A DNA stretch of 64,000 nt from Yuukianura sp. NJ FZ-2021 (taxonomy: Eukaryota). Where the stretch lies: positions 7,130,001 through 7,194,000 of the forward strand of contig CM102287.1 in NCBI GenBank assembly GCA_046563655.1, written 5' to 3'. The notes below the pieces were generated by a model. That model searched no databases. It was given only the letters and a program-made list of their open reading frames with translations, and was not told where the DNA came from. Positions within the stretch are counted from its first letter, which is position 1, and each line of letters begins with the position of its first letter. Of the stretch, positions 11,401-24,556 are shown one piece after another. A program made the translations under genes and the position numbers.

Positions 11401-14400
11401 AAGTATCCAGTTCAACTTTATGGAGAATTCTGTGAAGCCAAACGAGTCGCTCGACTTTATGCTCCTTATTTCATCAAAAACTTCCAGAAGTATCTTGCAA
11501 GCAACGAACAAGAAGACAAGCACTGGGCTGCAACTTACTTGATTGCTCTCGGAAACTTGGGCATTGAAGAGGCCATTCCAGAAATCCAGAAGGTTTTGGA
11601 TGACGAAGTTGACCCATACTACAAAGTAAATTTCAAAAATCTGTGACCCCATTTCTATCATTTTACAAAAAATGAAAACTTTTTTTTCTGTATTTCCTAA
11701 GGTCATGGCTGTCTTTGCCCTCAAACATTTGATCATTTCCCGAAGTGCCAACAACATCCAAGCTGGTGGTGTTCACGCAGTAGATCGTCAATCAGAAGAT
11801 TTGTTGACTGATGAGGTCATTGAACGCAAAGTTCTTCCAATCTTGGTTTCCGTCATGAATGATCGCAGTGAACATCCAGAAGTGCGCATGGCTGCTGTGT
11901 CCCTCCTTGTCTACAACACCAATGCCGATGTCACCATTTACCAACAAATTGCTTACACAACATGGCACCCATCTTCTCAAGAACGTAAGACTTTCTCTTC
12001 GGCTTTATTTTCAAAATTTTTGAAACTGAAATCAATTTTTTATAAACAGTCCATTCCTTCATTTACTCAACTTTGAAGAATTTGGCTGAACTCGAACGTC
12101 CACTGTCTCCACTTCACCAGAAGATGAGCATCAAGGCCCGTGCTGCCTTCCCATTGGTCAAGCCATTCAACGGTGGTTACGCCAAATCCGCCAACTACTT
12201 CTACTCACAATGGCTGAAGCATGGTATGAACTTTCTTCTTGGAAAACTAAAAATTTTCAAAAAAAATGATTTTTTTTATTTCCTGCAGTTCAAACCGGGT
12301 ATCTTCAACACTTCAACTATTTTGGATCCAAGGACTCCATCTTCCCGAACTACATGTACTACCGCCACTACTTCAACTACGGAAACGGTATAAAAATATT
12401 TGCTAGTTAATGACAATTTAAAGTTAATGACTGAATTGTTGGAGTTTCTTCCAATTCTTGTCAATTTCTTCATAAACTTTTCATGAATTTTGAATTAGGA
12501 GCTCGGCATGCTTTTCCAATTGAAGTTGACGTCCAAGGTCAAACGATTCAGCGACTCGCTTCTTTCATGGCGGAGCAGTTTATGCAAAAAACTTCCGTTT
12601 CTGAACCACACCCCGAATTGGAAGCAATCTTCAACGTCCTTGGAATTTCTCAACGCGAACAAGACGAAAAACCAGAAGCATCTCTCCGAATCAAACTTCG
12701 AGATCAAATGGAACGTCTTTGGTCAATCAACGAAGAATCAATTCAGCAACTCATTGCCCAAGCCAAGGCAGATTATTTGCCACAGTTGTTCAACGGTCTT
12801 CCATTTAACTACCAAAAGACGCTTCACTTGGTTGAACATTCTTTGGAAATGCCTTCATGCACTGGTCTCCCCATTCACTACCACTTACGCATGCCAATTC
12901 ATTTGTCACTTCGTGGAACTCTTAAAGTCGTGAACCAAAATGGACTCCAGGATGTTCAAGTTCAGGCGGAAATTCATCCAGTTTATGCCTGGAAGACTCA
13001 TGGCAAGATGGCCATCAAGGTTCCGTTTTCTGGAAAAGCATACGAAGCAGGAGTCATGCGTCATGCCGTTGTGGAGACTCCCTTAAGGGCTCTTGTTCGA
13101 AAAGCTCCAGAGGGACATATTGTTTTTGCCATCAGCCCGTCGCCACTGAGCAGAGGAACACCAAGCGGAGAAATTGATTTGTTCACATTCCATCAAAAAG
13201 TAAGAAGTGTGAAATTTCGAAAATGAAATGTGAATGTTACGCTTTCTGGAAACATTTTTTGAAAAATTTTCATTTACTTTTGCAGCCATACACTGCCATT
13301 ATTACCGACGAGTGCTGGCCAACCGTGCACAAGGAAGGTGGAAAGATGGAGATTGTTCATGCCGTTGAGGAGCCGTACAAGAACTCTCAAGAATTCGAAT
13401 CACTTCAAGAGGGCTTTGGACTCAATGTTGAACTTGAAGAGGAAACTGAGTACCACGATCAAAATGAAACACCAAGTGGTTGGACACGATTCTTCCAGCG
13501 ATTCCATACTCCTGGATGCTACTTCAACGTTGGCTGGTTGGGAGCTGAGAATGTTCGATACGTTCAAAGGAAACTGACTCTGGATGTTTCCAAGTCCGAT
13601 TCCAAAACGCTTGGATTTGCCGTTGGATACGGTAAGTGAACAATGATAAAAAGTCAATCAAGAAGAACATTCAAAATTTTAGGATTTTTTTATTTTTTGT
13701 TTTCAGATTACCGTGACGAATCTGTCAACTTCTTCTGGAAGGATTCTGAATCCAGCTCATCGGAATCATCTGAAGAGCGGGCCTCAAGAGACGCCAACCG
13801 TGTACGTGTTGATTCTTCTGAATCCAAACCACGCACGCGTGGAGACCGACGACAAGCTGAAGCTGATGATTCTGATGAAAGCAAGTACGACGAAGGTCGC
13901 GTCGTAGCTGTTGCATTTATTGGTAAACAAGCTCCAATCAAATCCGTCCATGAAATTGGTGGCAAGATTCAAAAGATCTTTGCAAAGGAAAATCCGTCCA
14001 CGTACCAATACTTGGTGCAAGTAACCGATTCTGAAGGTCGGTTCCACGCTCGTGCTGCTGCTGGAGAAGCTGCCAACGAAGCCGCCGAATCTCTTCCACA
14101 GAGTCATCCGTCCTTGGTTGCCATCAAGAAAATTGTAGCTGATGCGCAAAATCAAAAATCTCAACCTGACTATTGCGTTGAATTTGAAGGAGAGTACGAT
14201 GCTCCAGAACATGCTAACAGCGGAGAACTGATTGTTCTTAGAAAGCGATTGCTTCAGGACGATTTGGAAGTTAAGGTCAAAGGTGAATTTCAATTCGGAC
14301 CAACCTGCTCTCGCATGCCACATCAAATCAAGGTTCAAGGGAAATTGGAACGTGGACCAAAGATGACTGAATGGGCCAAATCCAAGTCACCAAGAGCGCA

Positions 14401-16886
14401 GAAGTGTGAAGAGGACGAGAAGAAGGGATTTTCAGTGTCTCCTGTTTGCCAGTATGTTGCAGAACAACAGGCAGCAGCTTTGAATCAAGCTACATTCAAG
14501 ATCAAAGTAAATTAACTTTTTTTAAAACTTTTTGAAGCAATTTTTGAATTTTTGGGCTAATGATTTTCTGTTTTTAGTGGACTCCACTTCCAGTGGAATT
14601 TGTCAACCGAACTTACGATGTTGAAGACTTCGTCAAGGCTTACCTCTACCCGTACTTGTCCAATGACCAATTCCATGAAGGTGCAGGTCAAGGTCAAATG
14701 CAAGTTGACTTCCACATGTTGCCCAACAAGGAATTCATTGATGTCACCGTCACCAAACCAAACTCCCGCTTCTCCTTCCGATCAATGAAGACAAACGAAT
14801 TCACCAAAGCTTTTCTTCCACTGACAGCCACGCAGAGTCTCGCCAACAACTTGGCTGACCGATTGCTTCGCTCGGATTCCGAACCATCTTGCTCAATTGA
14901 AGGCAACACTGTCAATACCTTCGATAATGTCACATACAGATTCCACGAAAATGTTGCTGACGACTGCTACCAAGTTTTGGTCAAAGATTGTTCTGGACGT
15001 AAGGAAATTTTACAACAAAAAGTTAGTACAATGATTTTGTATAAAAAAAAACATCTTAGCGTTTTTTTTTTAAATTCTAGGAGAGCCGGTTGCCGTCCTT
15101 CTGAAAGACGCTACTGCGCAGAAGAAAGAAGTTGTTCTTCTTCTCGGTGGACAAACTAAGATCGAACTGAACCTTCCAGAACCAAGATCTCAAGCACTCT
15201 ACGGACGTGGCAAGATCCAAGTCGAACTGAACGAACAACGTGTCGAATCTCTACCAAAACGCATTTTTGCTCAAGATTCTGGCGAAGAAATTGCACGAAT
15301 TGAAGCCATGGAAGATGGAGGAGTACAAGTGCTGGCAAAACAATTTCAACTAGCTACCAACGGAAAATTCGTTTACGTCCAAGCTCACAACTCTCTGCGC
15401 AATCGTACTTGTGGCCTTTGCGGAGACTTTGATGGAGAGAAAGTTGGCGAATTCCGTGGACCCAAAGACTGTGCTCTCAGCTCCGGATCTCTTCTGGTAG
15501 CCAGCTACTCATTCCAATCACTTGACCATAAGGAGACAGCAGTTTGCAAAATCCATCAACATGCCAAGGCTCAATTGAAACACGAACAAGAACTTTGTCT
15601 CGGAAACGATTCTCCGTACCAACCTAACCTGCCGCGCATGTACGCTTACGCATACCAACAGCAACGTCAGGAACAAAGGGCCTCTCTTCCAGATGAAGAA
15701 TGCATCAAGAAATACGAAGCTGCTTTGCGCCAAATTGTCTATGACCTGGTCAATAACGCACTCAAACCATTCGAATGGGTCACAGCATCCCGCGAACGTC
15801 TTGCTCATACAATCACTGACACTGTCATGAACAAGATTGAGCGAATTGTTTCCGCAGCTCAAACTGTTCAGGAAATCAGCCAGAAGGTTCAAGAAACTGT
15901 ATGCGAAGAGGCCAAGAAGATGCAAATTCACTCTCTTGCAGTTGATGCCATTTGTAAAACGTCCAAAGGAATTCAGGAGAAGGCGTACAAGTACTACTTG
16001 AATCCAATTGCTCAACAGTACAGTTGTTCCGAACCATTAAAGGATTTCAACGCAGTAGAAGTTTCAAAACAGATTCAATATGCCACGTACGATGAGTCTG
16101 ACCAAGACGATTCCCCGATTCCGTGGATCCCGGCTCACCAACTGCCATTTCCATGCCAGGAAAAACTGGAATTGACATTGAGCATTTCTGCTGCCAAGGT
16201 TGCTTACTACCTTCTTCTGCCACTGAGAGACATCCCAGAAGCACAGAGGAAGCAAATTGTAGCCAACGTCAGGGCCGCTGTTGTAGAGGTAATGTAATTT
16301 TTTTCCCTTTGTTTGATGAAATTGAATTTCTCTGTTTTTTTTTATGTGTTTTTACTGACTTTAGATTTTTCACTATGTTTTTTGACAGGCTGTACGCAAG
16401 GTACCATCTAACGATCCAGACTTTGCTAAGGCCCTGATTGACGAAATGATCACATTGGTCGATGCTGCTTTTCCGGATATGCCAGGCTTTCCATTCATCA
16501 TCCGCCAGGCCATGCACTTCTTCCTTAAGCGATACACTCCGTTTGTACTTGTCAAGTTGTGCAAGGTGGAAAAGTGCTGTTTCCCACAACCACACCAACA
16601 ACAGCAGTACTACCAGTACCCACAAGCTCAACAACAGCAGTACCACCAGTACCCACAAGCTCAACAACAGCAGTACAACCAGTATCCACAAGCTCAACAA
16701 CAGCAGTACAACCAGTACCCACAAGCTCAACAACAGCAGAACTACCAGTACCCACAAGCTCAACAACAGAAGTACTACCAGTACCCACAAGCTCAACAGC
16801 AGCAGTACCAACAGGAAGCCCAGCAATATCCGGCTGCACCGCAGTACCAGTACCAACAACAAGCAGCACAATACAGAAGAATGTAA
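8417..16886 (+). CDS. Vg: Vitellogenin (large lipid transfer protein: LPD_N, DUF1943-like, VWD) with an atypical C-terminal extension, multi-exon
   Basis: Signal peptide MKAVACLLLFSL|AGLVSA, FKPGKSYVY, WAVNIKK, ENTVLGECETYYTV, LIALGNLG, EVRMAAV, serine/acidic tracts and a VWD with VNTFDNVTY and RTCGLCGDFDGE. The junctions I checked are in-frame GT-AG. Stop TAA at 16884-16886. Confidence 0.93.
16584..16820 (+). repeat. Coding 33-bp tandem repeat (~7 units, PQAQQQQY(N/H/Y)QY) at the Vg C-terminus
   Basis: Unit CCACAAGCTCAACAACAGCAGTACAACCAGTAC is repeated with few substitutions. Confidence 0.95.
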
Positions 16887-17698
16887 GAAAGTAAAACTTC
16901 AACCTCCTGACCCTGACAACACTGACCAAAACGAAAACGAAACCTGGACATTTTCGTGGAAAAAATTCAAACGAATTTTTGAAGCGTAGTATCCCAACGC
17001 CAAAATTCTAATTTATTTCCAAATCTAAATTTTTGTATATAGATACACATGTTGTTTTTAGTTTTCGTTTTGTAGCAGCATTTTCTTTTAGTTGTTTAGT
17101 TGAAAACGCATGAACAATTTAGTCGCGGTGTTATTACGCGTAGTGACTATTTTAGTTTTTGTAGAATGTAGAAAATGGTTAAACTAAAACAACATGATTC
17201 GGTTAAAAATAAATTGGCAAAGGACAAGAGCATCAGAAAATCACACATCAATTGTGTTTCGTTTTTTTCCGCAACTTTCTAAAAAAAAAATTTGTGCCGA
17301 AAAAGTTCGAAATGAGACTGTTTTGTTGGTACACAATTGTTTTGTTTTATCAGAAGAATCGCAATTAATGAAAAGAACAGAAGAAGGTGTACCCAATTAC
17401 CGAATTACGATTAAAAGCAAGGGCTGCGTTCTTGGTTGATTGATGCTTGTAGTATATTAGTTATTCAACCGCCTTAATTAAATGTCGCTTGTAATTGAAC
17501 TCAACAAAAAGTTGGAAGAGAAAATTTAATAGTTAGTTCGAAGGGAGACCAACATCAAAGCACTCCAGTTTTGAATAATTTGGGACTTTTTTTTCAAAAT
17601 TTTAACATTTTTGTTGAAAACGTCAAAGGTCAAGTATAGAATCACATCGGGCAGACAGTAGCGCGCAAATTTGAAAATCTTACGCATTAACTACAGCA

Positions 17699-19121
17699 AT
17701 GATTTCCAAGCGGGCAACTCTTTGTCTGAGCCACGCTCTACATCTAGGCTGTAACGTTCTCCAATTCTATCCATACACTTGGAGTACGGCTAAAGGTCAA
17801 CTTTTACCTATGTCCGCATGGGGTAGACGTCGTTACACGGTGAACAAATGCTTCGTTTACTTTATGGGTGTCTTTACCTACATTCGATTTCTGTATACAA
17901 TCAACTGGGAAATCCCTGATCGTCAGCGGATGATGCACATCATTTGGCTTATGGTTTACATCTGCTTTACCATTACTTCTTATCAATTTGATGTACGCCG
18001 AGACGAAATCCGCCATTTTGTTAACGCTTTAGGAAGATACATTGCTCAGAACAAGCGTACGTTGAACTCATTTTTAGTAAATGTAATTTTTCAACTTGTT
18101 GAAACTGAATTTTGAATTGAGAAAGTGAAATATTTTGAAAATTTAACAGAAGCTGAACATAGGGGTTTGTCCGCTACAGTAATTGCTGGTTACTGGTTTT
18201 TCTTGTTCAATCTTCCAGGTACGAAGAAATAATTCTTAAATATTGAGATATTTGAAAACTTTAGTGGTGAAATTTTTTTTACTAGTATATTTTTAAACAG
18301 TAACTTTAACTTTTTTTTTTACTTATTTTAGCCCACGCAATCTCGTTTTTGGAAATACCGTGTACGCCACACTACCTGTCAAGCGTCACCTTCAATTGCA
18401 CATCGGTCGACAGTGATCATGAACCATTGCTGATAAAAATTCCATTCATGGTAATTGATTCATTGTCAGCCACCTTTACCCTATTTCACTTGTTTTTTAA
18501 CTGGGTCATCGTCTTGTTGGGAACTTGTTGGCTACGGTGTGAACTTCAAGCAATTCGGTAAGGTGTACAACTTACAACGTACAACAAATTCTTGATTTTT
18601 TGGTTGTTGATGTTGTTCACAGGAAAAATGACGACAGCATTTCAGAGATGAGCCAGTACCGTCGCTGTCAACAGCTCAGCAACGTGATCAATCACACGTT
18701 TTACTACCACTTGCAATGGTTGCCATCTTATATTGGGGTAATTCTCATCTCGATGAACTTCGTTGGATCAATCAGATTGGCATATTTGGGCTTGGATGCC
18801 TGGATAATGTTTCCAGCATGTACAGTTCGCTGTTTCATTGATGTCATGACACCACTATGGAGTGCAGGGAAAGTCAACGAGGAAAGTTGCAGGTTGCTCG
18901 CAAAGTGGAAGCGCGAGCGGGGCAGCCATGACGTTGGAGAACCGACAGAAAAAAAATTGGCACAAACATTTTTTCATTCATGTCCCCAATTGGCCTGTAG
19001 AGCAGGATTTTTCTTCAAGTTTGAAAATTCCATTGTCATTTGTACACTGGATCGCTGCGCCAAGTTGTCCACGGATTTGCTTTTACTTTCGATTCGAAGA
19101 GCAAACGGACAAAGCATTTAA
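17699..19121 (+). CDS. Divergent 7TM chemoreceptor (GR/OR superfamily-like), 4 exons
   Basis: Exons ~17699-18056, 18149-18218, 18332-18557, 18623-19121 splice in frame. Multiple hydrophobic helices, N-terminal YPYTW, and a C-terminal SCPQLACRAGFFFKF...STDLLLL pattern typical of this superfamily. Confidence 0.7.
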
Positions 19122-19610
19122 ACCCGATCTGTAACTTGCGAACGCATGTGTAATACAGTCCGTTTTTGGCCAGTTTCATTCCATCTCCATCACAAAAATT
19201 TTTGTTTGAATTTGGTTTTAATGTGAAGTACTTACTTCACAGAATTAAATTTATGTTAATGTGCACAAGGTTTATTATAACTTAATCGGAATTGGGTATT
19301 AAGTTAAATGTATGTTGGAGCTAACTAACGATTTCAGTGGTTTAGGACAGGATAGTTCTGTGAAAATCCTATTTCATAGTAAGTTAAAATATTTTACTAC
19401 ACCTTGAAGGAACGATTACCGTAAGAAATGCAAAAAACAAAACAAATTAGCTTACGTTATTAACCTAGTTGTTCGTTTCATCGAGCGATTTTTAGTTACA
19501 GTGGTTGCAATATATAAAAGCTTTCTTTTGTGCTTAGAAAGTAAATGAGCTTTTGTGGGTTGGCGTTTTTTGCTTTCTCTTTTTGTGTTCAACTTTCAGA
19601 GTGTTTGCTG

Positions 19611-20922
19611 TTAAAATGCTACGAGTAGATCAACTATGCTTTTGAGTATAATGTCAAAGTAAATTATTAAGACAACTTCCTTGGATTCGAAATTGCTGAA
19701 ATTTCCCAATTTCACTTTGACTGGAGCCATTCCCATCCAGAACCGCTGGAGAAATTCCGACCTCAGCCTGTAATGACATTGTGACCGTCGAATCCATTCT
19801 TTTGAAGCGACATGGGACTCGGTAATTTTGCAGAATAAATTTGGACCCGCAGTCATACAGCAAACATTCGAAAAAACATACCCCACCATAATAAGGAATG
19901 GAATGCGGTTAGAATTTAGTATTGTATAAGTATTCATAGTGGTAACGAGTATGATGAGGAAAAGCAACCATGACAAATACTCCCCGAATGTTTGCGTAAA
20001 CGCATTGCTTAGACATTTCAAATTTAAGTACTCCACACCGTTGAAATCTAACTCCATCTGAAGATTGCCGTTCTGTTGGCTTGTTAATCTGTAAAGGTAC
20101 GAGTATGTTTTATATGCGTAATTTTCAATTTATAGCCTTATATGTAAATTATTTAATTATTTTATATATTTTATTATTAATTAAAAGTAAGAAAGTAGTA
20201 TATTTGACTCACAGATCTTTTGATTGTAACTTATAGTCGAGGTAGATGCTCATACTGAAGTGGTAGACAAACATCCAGTGCAGTATGATACACAGGCTTA
20301 CTAGTCCGTGAGCCAAAGATAAGGAAATGATGAAAAAGGTTATAAATTTGAGTAGTTCAAATATATAGAATTCCAGTGAGGGGTCCATTGTTATTCGGTG
20401 AGCAACAATTCTGACGAAGGTCAGAAACCAATCGAAGTACTGCGGAAAATACCGTGATAGGCTGTACATGAACGGAAGATATAACGGTGGATACAATACA
20501 GTGCAGAACGTGATGATACCGCAGCAAATTTTGTACAATTTGTTGGAGGGACGAACATACGCGAATTGATACGTGAGAGCGACATTGATAATTTGTCTGG
20601 CACTTTCCCTCCGAGCCCTTCCGAGGAGAAACCACTGTGAAATGTTAAGTCCAAAAAAGACGTTGTTGGTGCATATTAGGAATAAACGGTCAAGTTCTGA
20701 TACACTTCCAAAAAAACATTTTGCATAGAGGTACAATATAGACGCACTTAGCACGGTGCATAAAATCCATGAGATGATATCGACAATCAAAGTTTTCTTG
20801 GAATAATAAGGTATGATGCAATCAGGTTCCCGTTGTTTCAGTTGGTATTCGAAAGGACTAAAGTACAAAAAACCTGCGAATTTGTAGATATATTTGCTCA
20901 AAACTTGTATATTTGAAAGCAT
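19611..20922 (-). CDS. Divergent 7TM chemoreceptor (GR/OR superfamily-like), 2 exons
   Basis: ATG at 20922 (MLSNIQV...FSPFEY). One intron (~20089-20212) joins ORFs 20209-20979 and 19611-20057. C-terminus MAPVKVKLGNFSNF...SIVDLLVAF. Confidence 0.72.
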
Positions 20923-22161
20923 TTTTACAGATTTTACTAACTCCTGACATATTTGACGCAAGAATACACCAAACTGCATTTCCTTTTATCGCCTTCTGAA
21001 TTCTATGTTTAGAAATGTTTAAGAGTTTCTAAATCCGACTGAGAACCTAATTATTGAAGCTCTTCCATTAGTATGGAGAAGATTGTGGCAAAATCATGTT
21101 TATTATGCAGCTAAACAGAAGCTGAATAAGATTATAGGGCCCATTTACTTCATTGCTAGCATAGAGTCGTAGTTAAATATTTAGTACCTAAAAAAGCATT
21201 CGGTTTTTTTAGTTTTAAAAACAGGACATCAAAAGGTGGACAAAAATTCGATTTTTGTGACATTTAAAACTTTGGCAAATGTAAATCGACTGAACAGGGC
21301 TTTTTATTTAAATTGCTTTTTTTCTTGGGAAAAATATGTTTTCGCTGGAACCAATTTTCCCTTTCCGGTAAATTATTGAAACAAGAAGCATATGTAAAAT
21401 TTTGGGAGGCACCGACCGATCGAAGCTTTCCTTTGTGCAAGTTACTTTGGGTTGGATTAAAAAATAGTATTTTAGTAAAGTCCAAATCGTTGCCTCAAGA
21501 AATATTCACAGAAAGAAAGTTCGTGGATCTGGTTGTTTTCATAATTTGTCTTTGGTTGACATTGGAAGTCAACCAAAGGCAAATTATGAACTCATAAAAA
21601 AGGCCAGGATGAGCGCTGACTTTGAGAACTGAGCGTTGACAGGAGTGTTGACTTTGCTGTGTATTTAAACATCCTGCAGCGAAAAAAACATATCAGTAGT
21701 TGACGCATATTGATTTGTTTTATATTTAATTTTTGTTTTTGAAGACTTGACATTTTCAAAACTTTTTGCATACTTCTGCAAACTAAAAATTTGTAGAGCT
21801 AATTTTTGAATTCAATTCAACCTATTTTAGGTTCGATTTTAAGTTTCAAAATGAAAACTAGGTACACAAAAATCCATTAGAAAGATATTTTTTGGTCTTT
21901 TGTTAAAAATTTATGGAAACGTTGTATTGAAAGCCAAAATTGGGATAAATTTGTTTGAACTTATAATGCCAGCTTTTACTTCAACATTCATCAATAAAAG
22001 AATTCACAGATGAAGACTTGTTGGCAAACAAATGTCTCTTCTTTTCTGTCTTATTTCTTTACACAATTTGGCTTTTGTGCTCCAGCATTTTCCAACAAAT
22101 TGAACAATTAAAGTGTTCAGCTAGGAGCTAATATGTTGTAGCTTTTTAGTCCGTTTTCAAA

Positions 22162-23788
22162 ATGACGGACGCAAACATCTCCGAATCTTACCTTACGTAC
22201 TTTGAATTTTGGTATCGCTTTGGGATTTCTCCATTCAAATTGCAAATTGATCCTGAGTCAAAACTTTGTCGTGTGAAGACTAATGTTAAACATAAGGTTG
22301 GGAACACTATTTGAAGTTACGGCATAAGTAATTTAGAAGAAAAAATTGTTAAATTACTTTTAAAAATTGCAGGTCATCTACGCCTACTTTCTCATCGTTT
22401 GCTATCACAGGATGCTGATTTGGTTACGGTACATTCATTTAGCTGAAAAACTAAATAAAAAAGGGGCTGGAGAAAGTAATTACTTTGAGAAGGCGACCAT
22501 TATAGGGATGTGTTTCATGGTCGTTTGTCACATCTTTACAAGTTGTCTAAACAGAGATCGATTTGCCAACGTTGTCAACTACTGTCAGCCAACGATGGCT
22601 AAAGCAGTGCTTGGACCTACAGAAACAAACGTAAGAAAAAACAAACCAGTTCAATGGAATCAGCACCGGGTTGACCCCTTTAAGCTCAAGGTTCACCTCC
22701 TAGTTTCTGGAATTCATTTTTTTTAATGCTTGATGCCGATTCGTACGAAAATGGCATGTATTTGATTTCGCATTAGGGTAAGCGGAAAATCTTGATGCTT
22801 CTTTGGAGTGTCACTGGAATTCACGTAGCAGTGGAATTCCTTCAGCCAATTGAACGAATGAAGTGGGATGTTGCAATTTACTACAACAAATTGGCACTTG
22901 CAACGAAAGAAGGGCTGCTCCTCGCAACTGTGGACTTTGGTGAATGGAGCCCAATTGTCGACGGCATTCTGTTTTTATTTGCACTAAAGTCAAGGATGGT
23001 GCCGATCCTCGTCTTAGCGTCCGTGGAGACATTATGCCTCATCACAGTAATACAATTACATCGCTTAATTGGTGATTCGGAACTCAGGCTAAAGAGCATG
23101 ACACCCTCTCAGGTTAGTTCAAAAAAAGTAACAAAAATTCAGAAAATGGACTTTTTAAAATTTTCGAAACGGTTAAAATCACTCTGCCTGTACTGCAGGG
23201 AATAGCGGAGCTAGGAAGCATTAGAACCACTCTGAATCGATTGAACAAGGCTATTGGTCTCATAGCATGCGGATTCGTATTTGGGCACATTCCGCTCCAG
23301 ATTCAAGCTATTCCGGCCATGATCCATCCAAACGGAGTGTTTGAATTCGCCAGTAACTTCTGTCTAGCAAGTCTACCGATTGCATTCGTGATCTGTACAG
23401 CTTGGTTCAAGATGAGGGTGAAAAAATAATATCACAAATGCAATAATAAAACAAGTGCTGCTGTATACTAATATATGACAAGTTTAAAATTCAAATCTTC
23501 CAGCGAAACACAATTTTCTACAATTGGATGACAATTCGCCGAAATTATGTCAGATTCACTGACGCAGATCTGACAATGTTGATGTATGAGCTCTCGTCTG
23601 GGCATTTGGGGGTCAAAGCGTTCGAAATGATTAATTTCGATGTGTCATTTTTGGGGACGGTGAGACGATGTAACTACCATACTACTGTGTATATATTTTT
23701 CTTAATCAAGTATGCCATTTTGTCTTTTCCGTAGGTATGTGGCCTGATCCTCACCTTCGCTGTAGTGATAATCCAAGGTGAAACATAA
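22162..23788 (+). CDS. Gustatory receptor (7tm_7-like), 6 exons
   Basis: N-terminal FGISPF. C-terminal GVKAFEMINFDVSFLGT|VCGLILTFAVVIIQ matches the GR TYhhhhhQ motif. Several phase-0 introns near the 3' end, as is characteristic of GRs. Confidence 0.8.
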
Positions 23789-24556
23789 TTGGACAGGGAC
23801 ACACAGTAACATCCAACTTTTGTACATCCTTATAGTACTTATAGTACTTTGTAACCCTTATAGTAGTATATTTGCCATCCCTAGTATAGTATAACGGAAT
23901 ATGTAATATTATTTAACATACTGGAATACAATATATAGGTGTATTGACATCACCCACTAAAACTTGTATCATTTTACTTCAAACTCTTTAATCAATTTTA
24001 CCACTGAAAGGTTTCAAAAATATTAAAAAGCTGTCGTGAAAGTATGTTTGTAAAAGTATCGAAGGTCTTTTTTCGTATAATAAGAAAAAGACTGAACTAC
24101 TGTTATATTCACAAAACGCTTTTTCATGCTAATGGCACTAGAAGCTCCATGTACTATTATAAATTATAGTAATGCTATATATGTGTATTATATTCAGCTT
24201 AATATTTTATTTTTCCAGGCTTAACATGAGTTTCATCTTCGAAACAGCGGCGCTGGGTGAATTTTAGAGGAAAATGGTTTTGGAGCAGTTGCCTTGAATT
24301 AAATATTGGTGGAACTTTGTTGAAATGTGAAGCAGAAACTGTTTTTACTTTCTAGCATTAATAGTGTTTTCAGGAATATTTCAGCTTTCCCTACCATTCA
24401 AAACTCATAGATACATTAATTTCAGCGCATATAACGCTCCAACAGTTGGATCTGAACACTTTTAAACAGACAGACAGAAACTTTCAAACAATACTTGTTG
24501 AGTTATTTTAGCATTAGAGTCTTGATTGTATTTTAATCAATTTTCGTCAATTCAAT

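Noticed and set aside
16584..16820. 33-bp repeats as a CRISPR array
   Set aside because: The units are contiguous with no unique spacers, lie in frame in a eukaryotic exon, and there are no cas genes.
16269..16989. Overlapping alternative-frame and antisense ORFs (Leu/Val-rich, Thr/Ser-rich)
   Set aside because: These are by-products of the stop-free tandem repeat; only the Q/Y frame continues the Vg splice phase.
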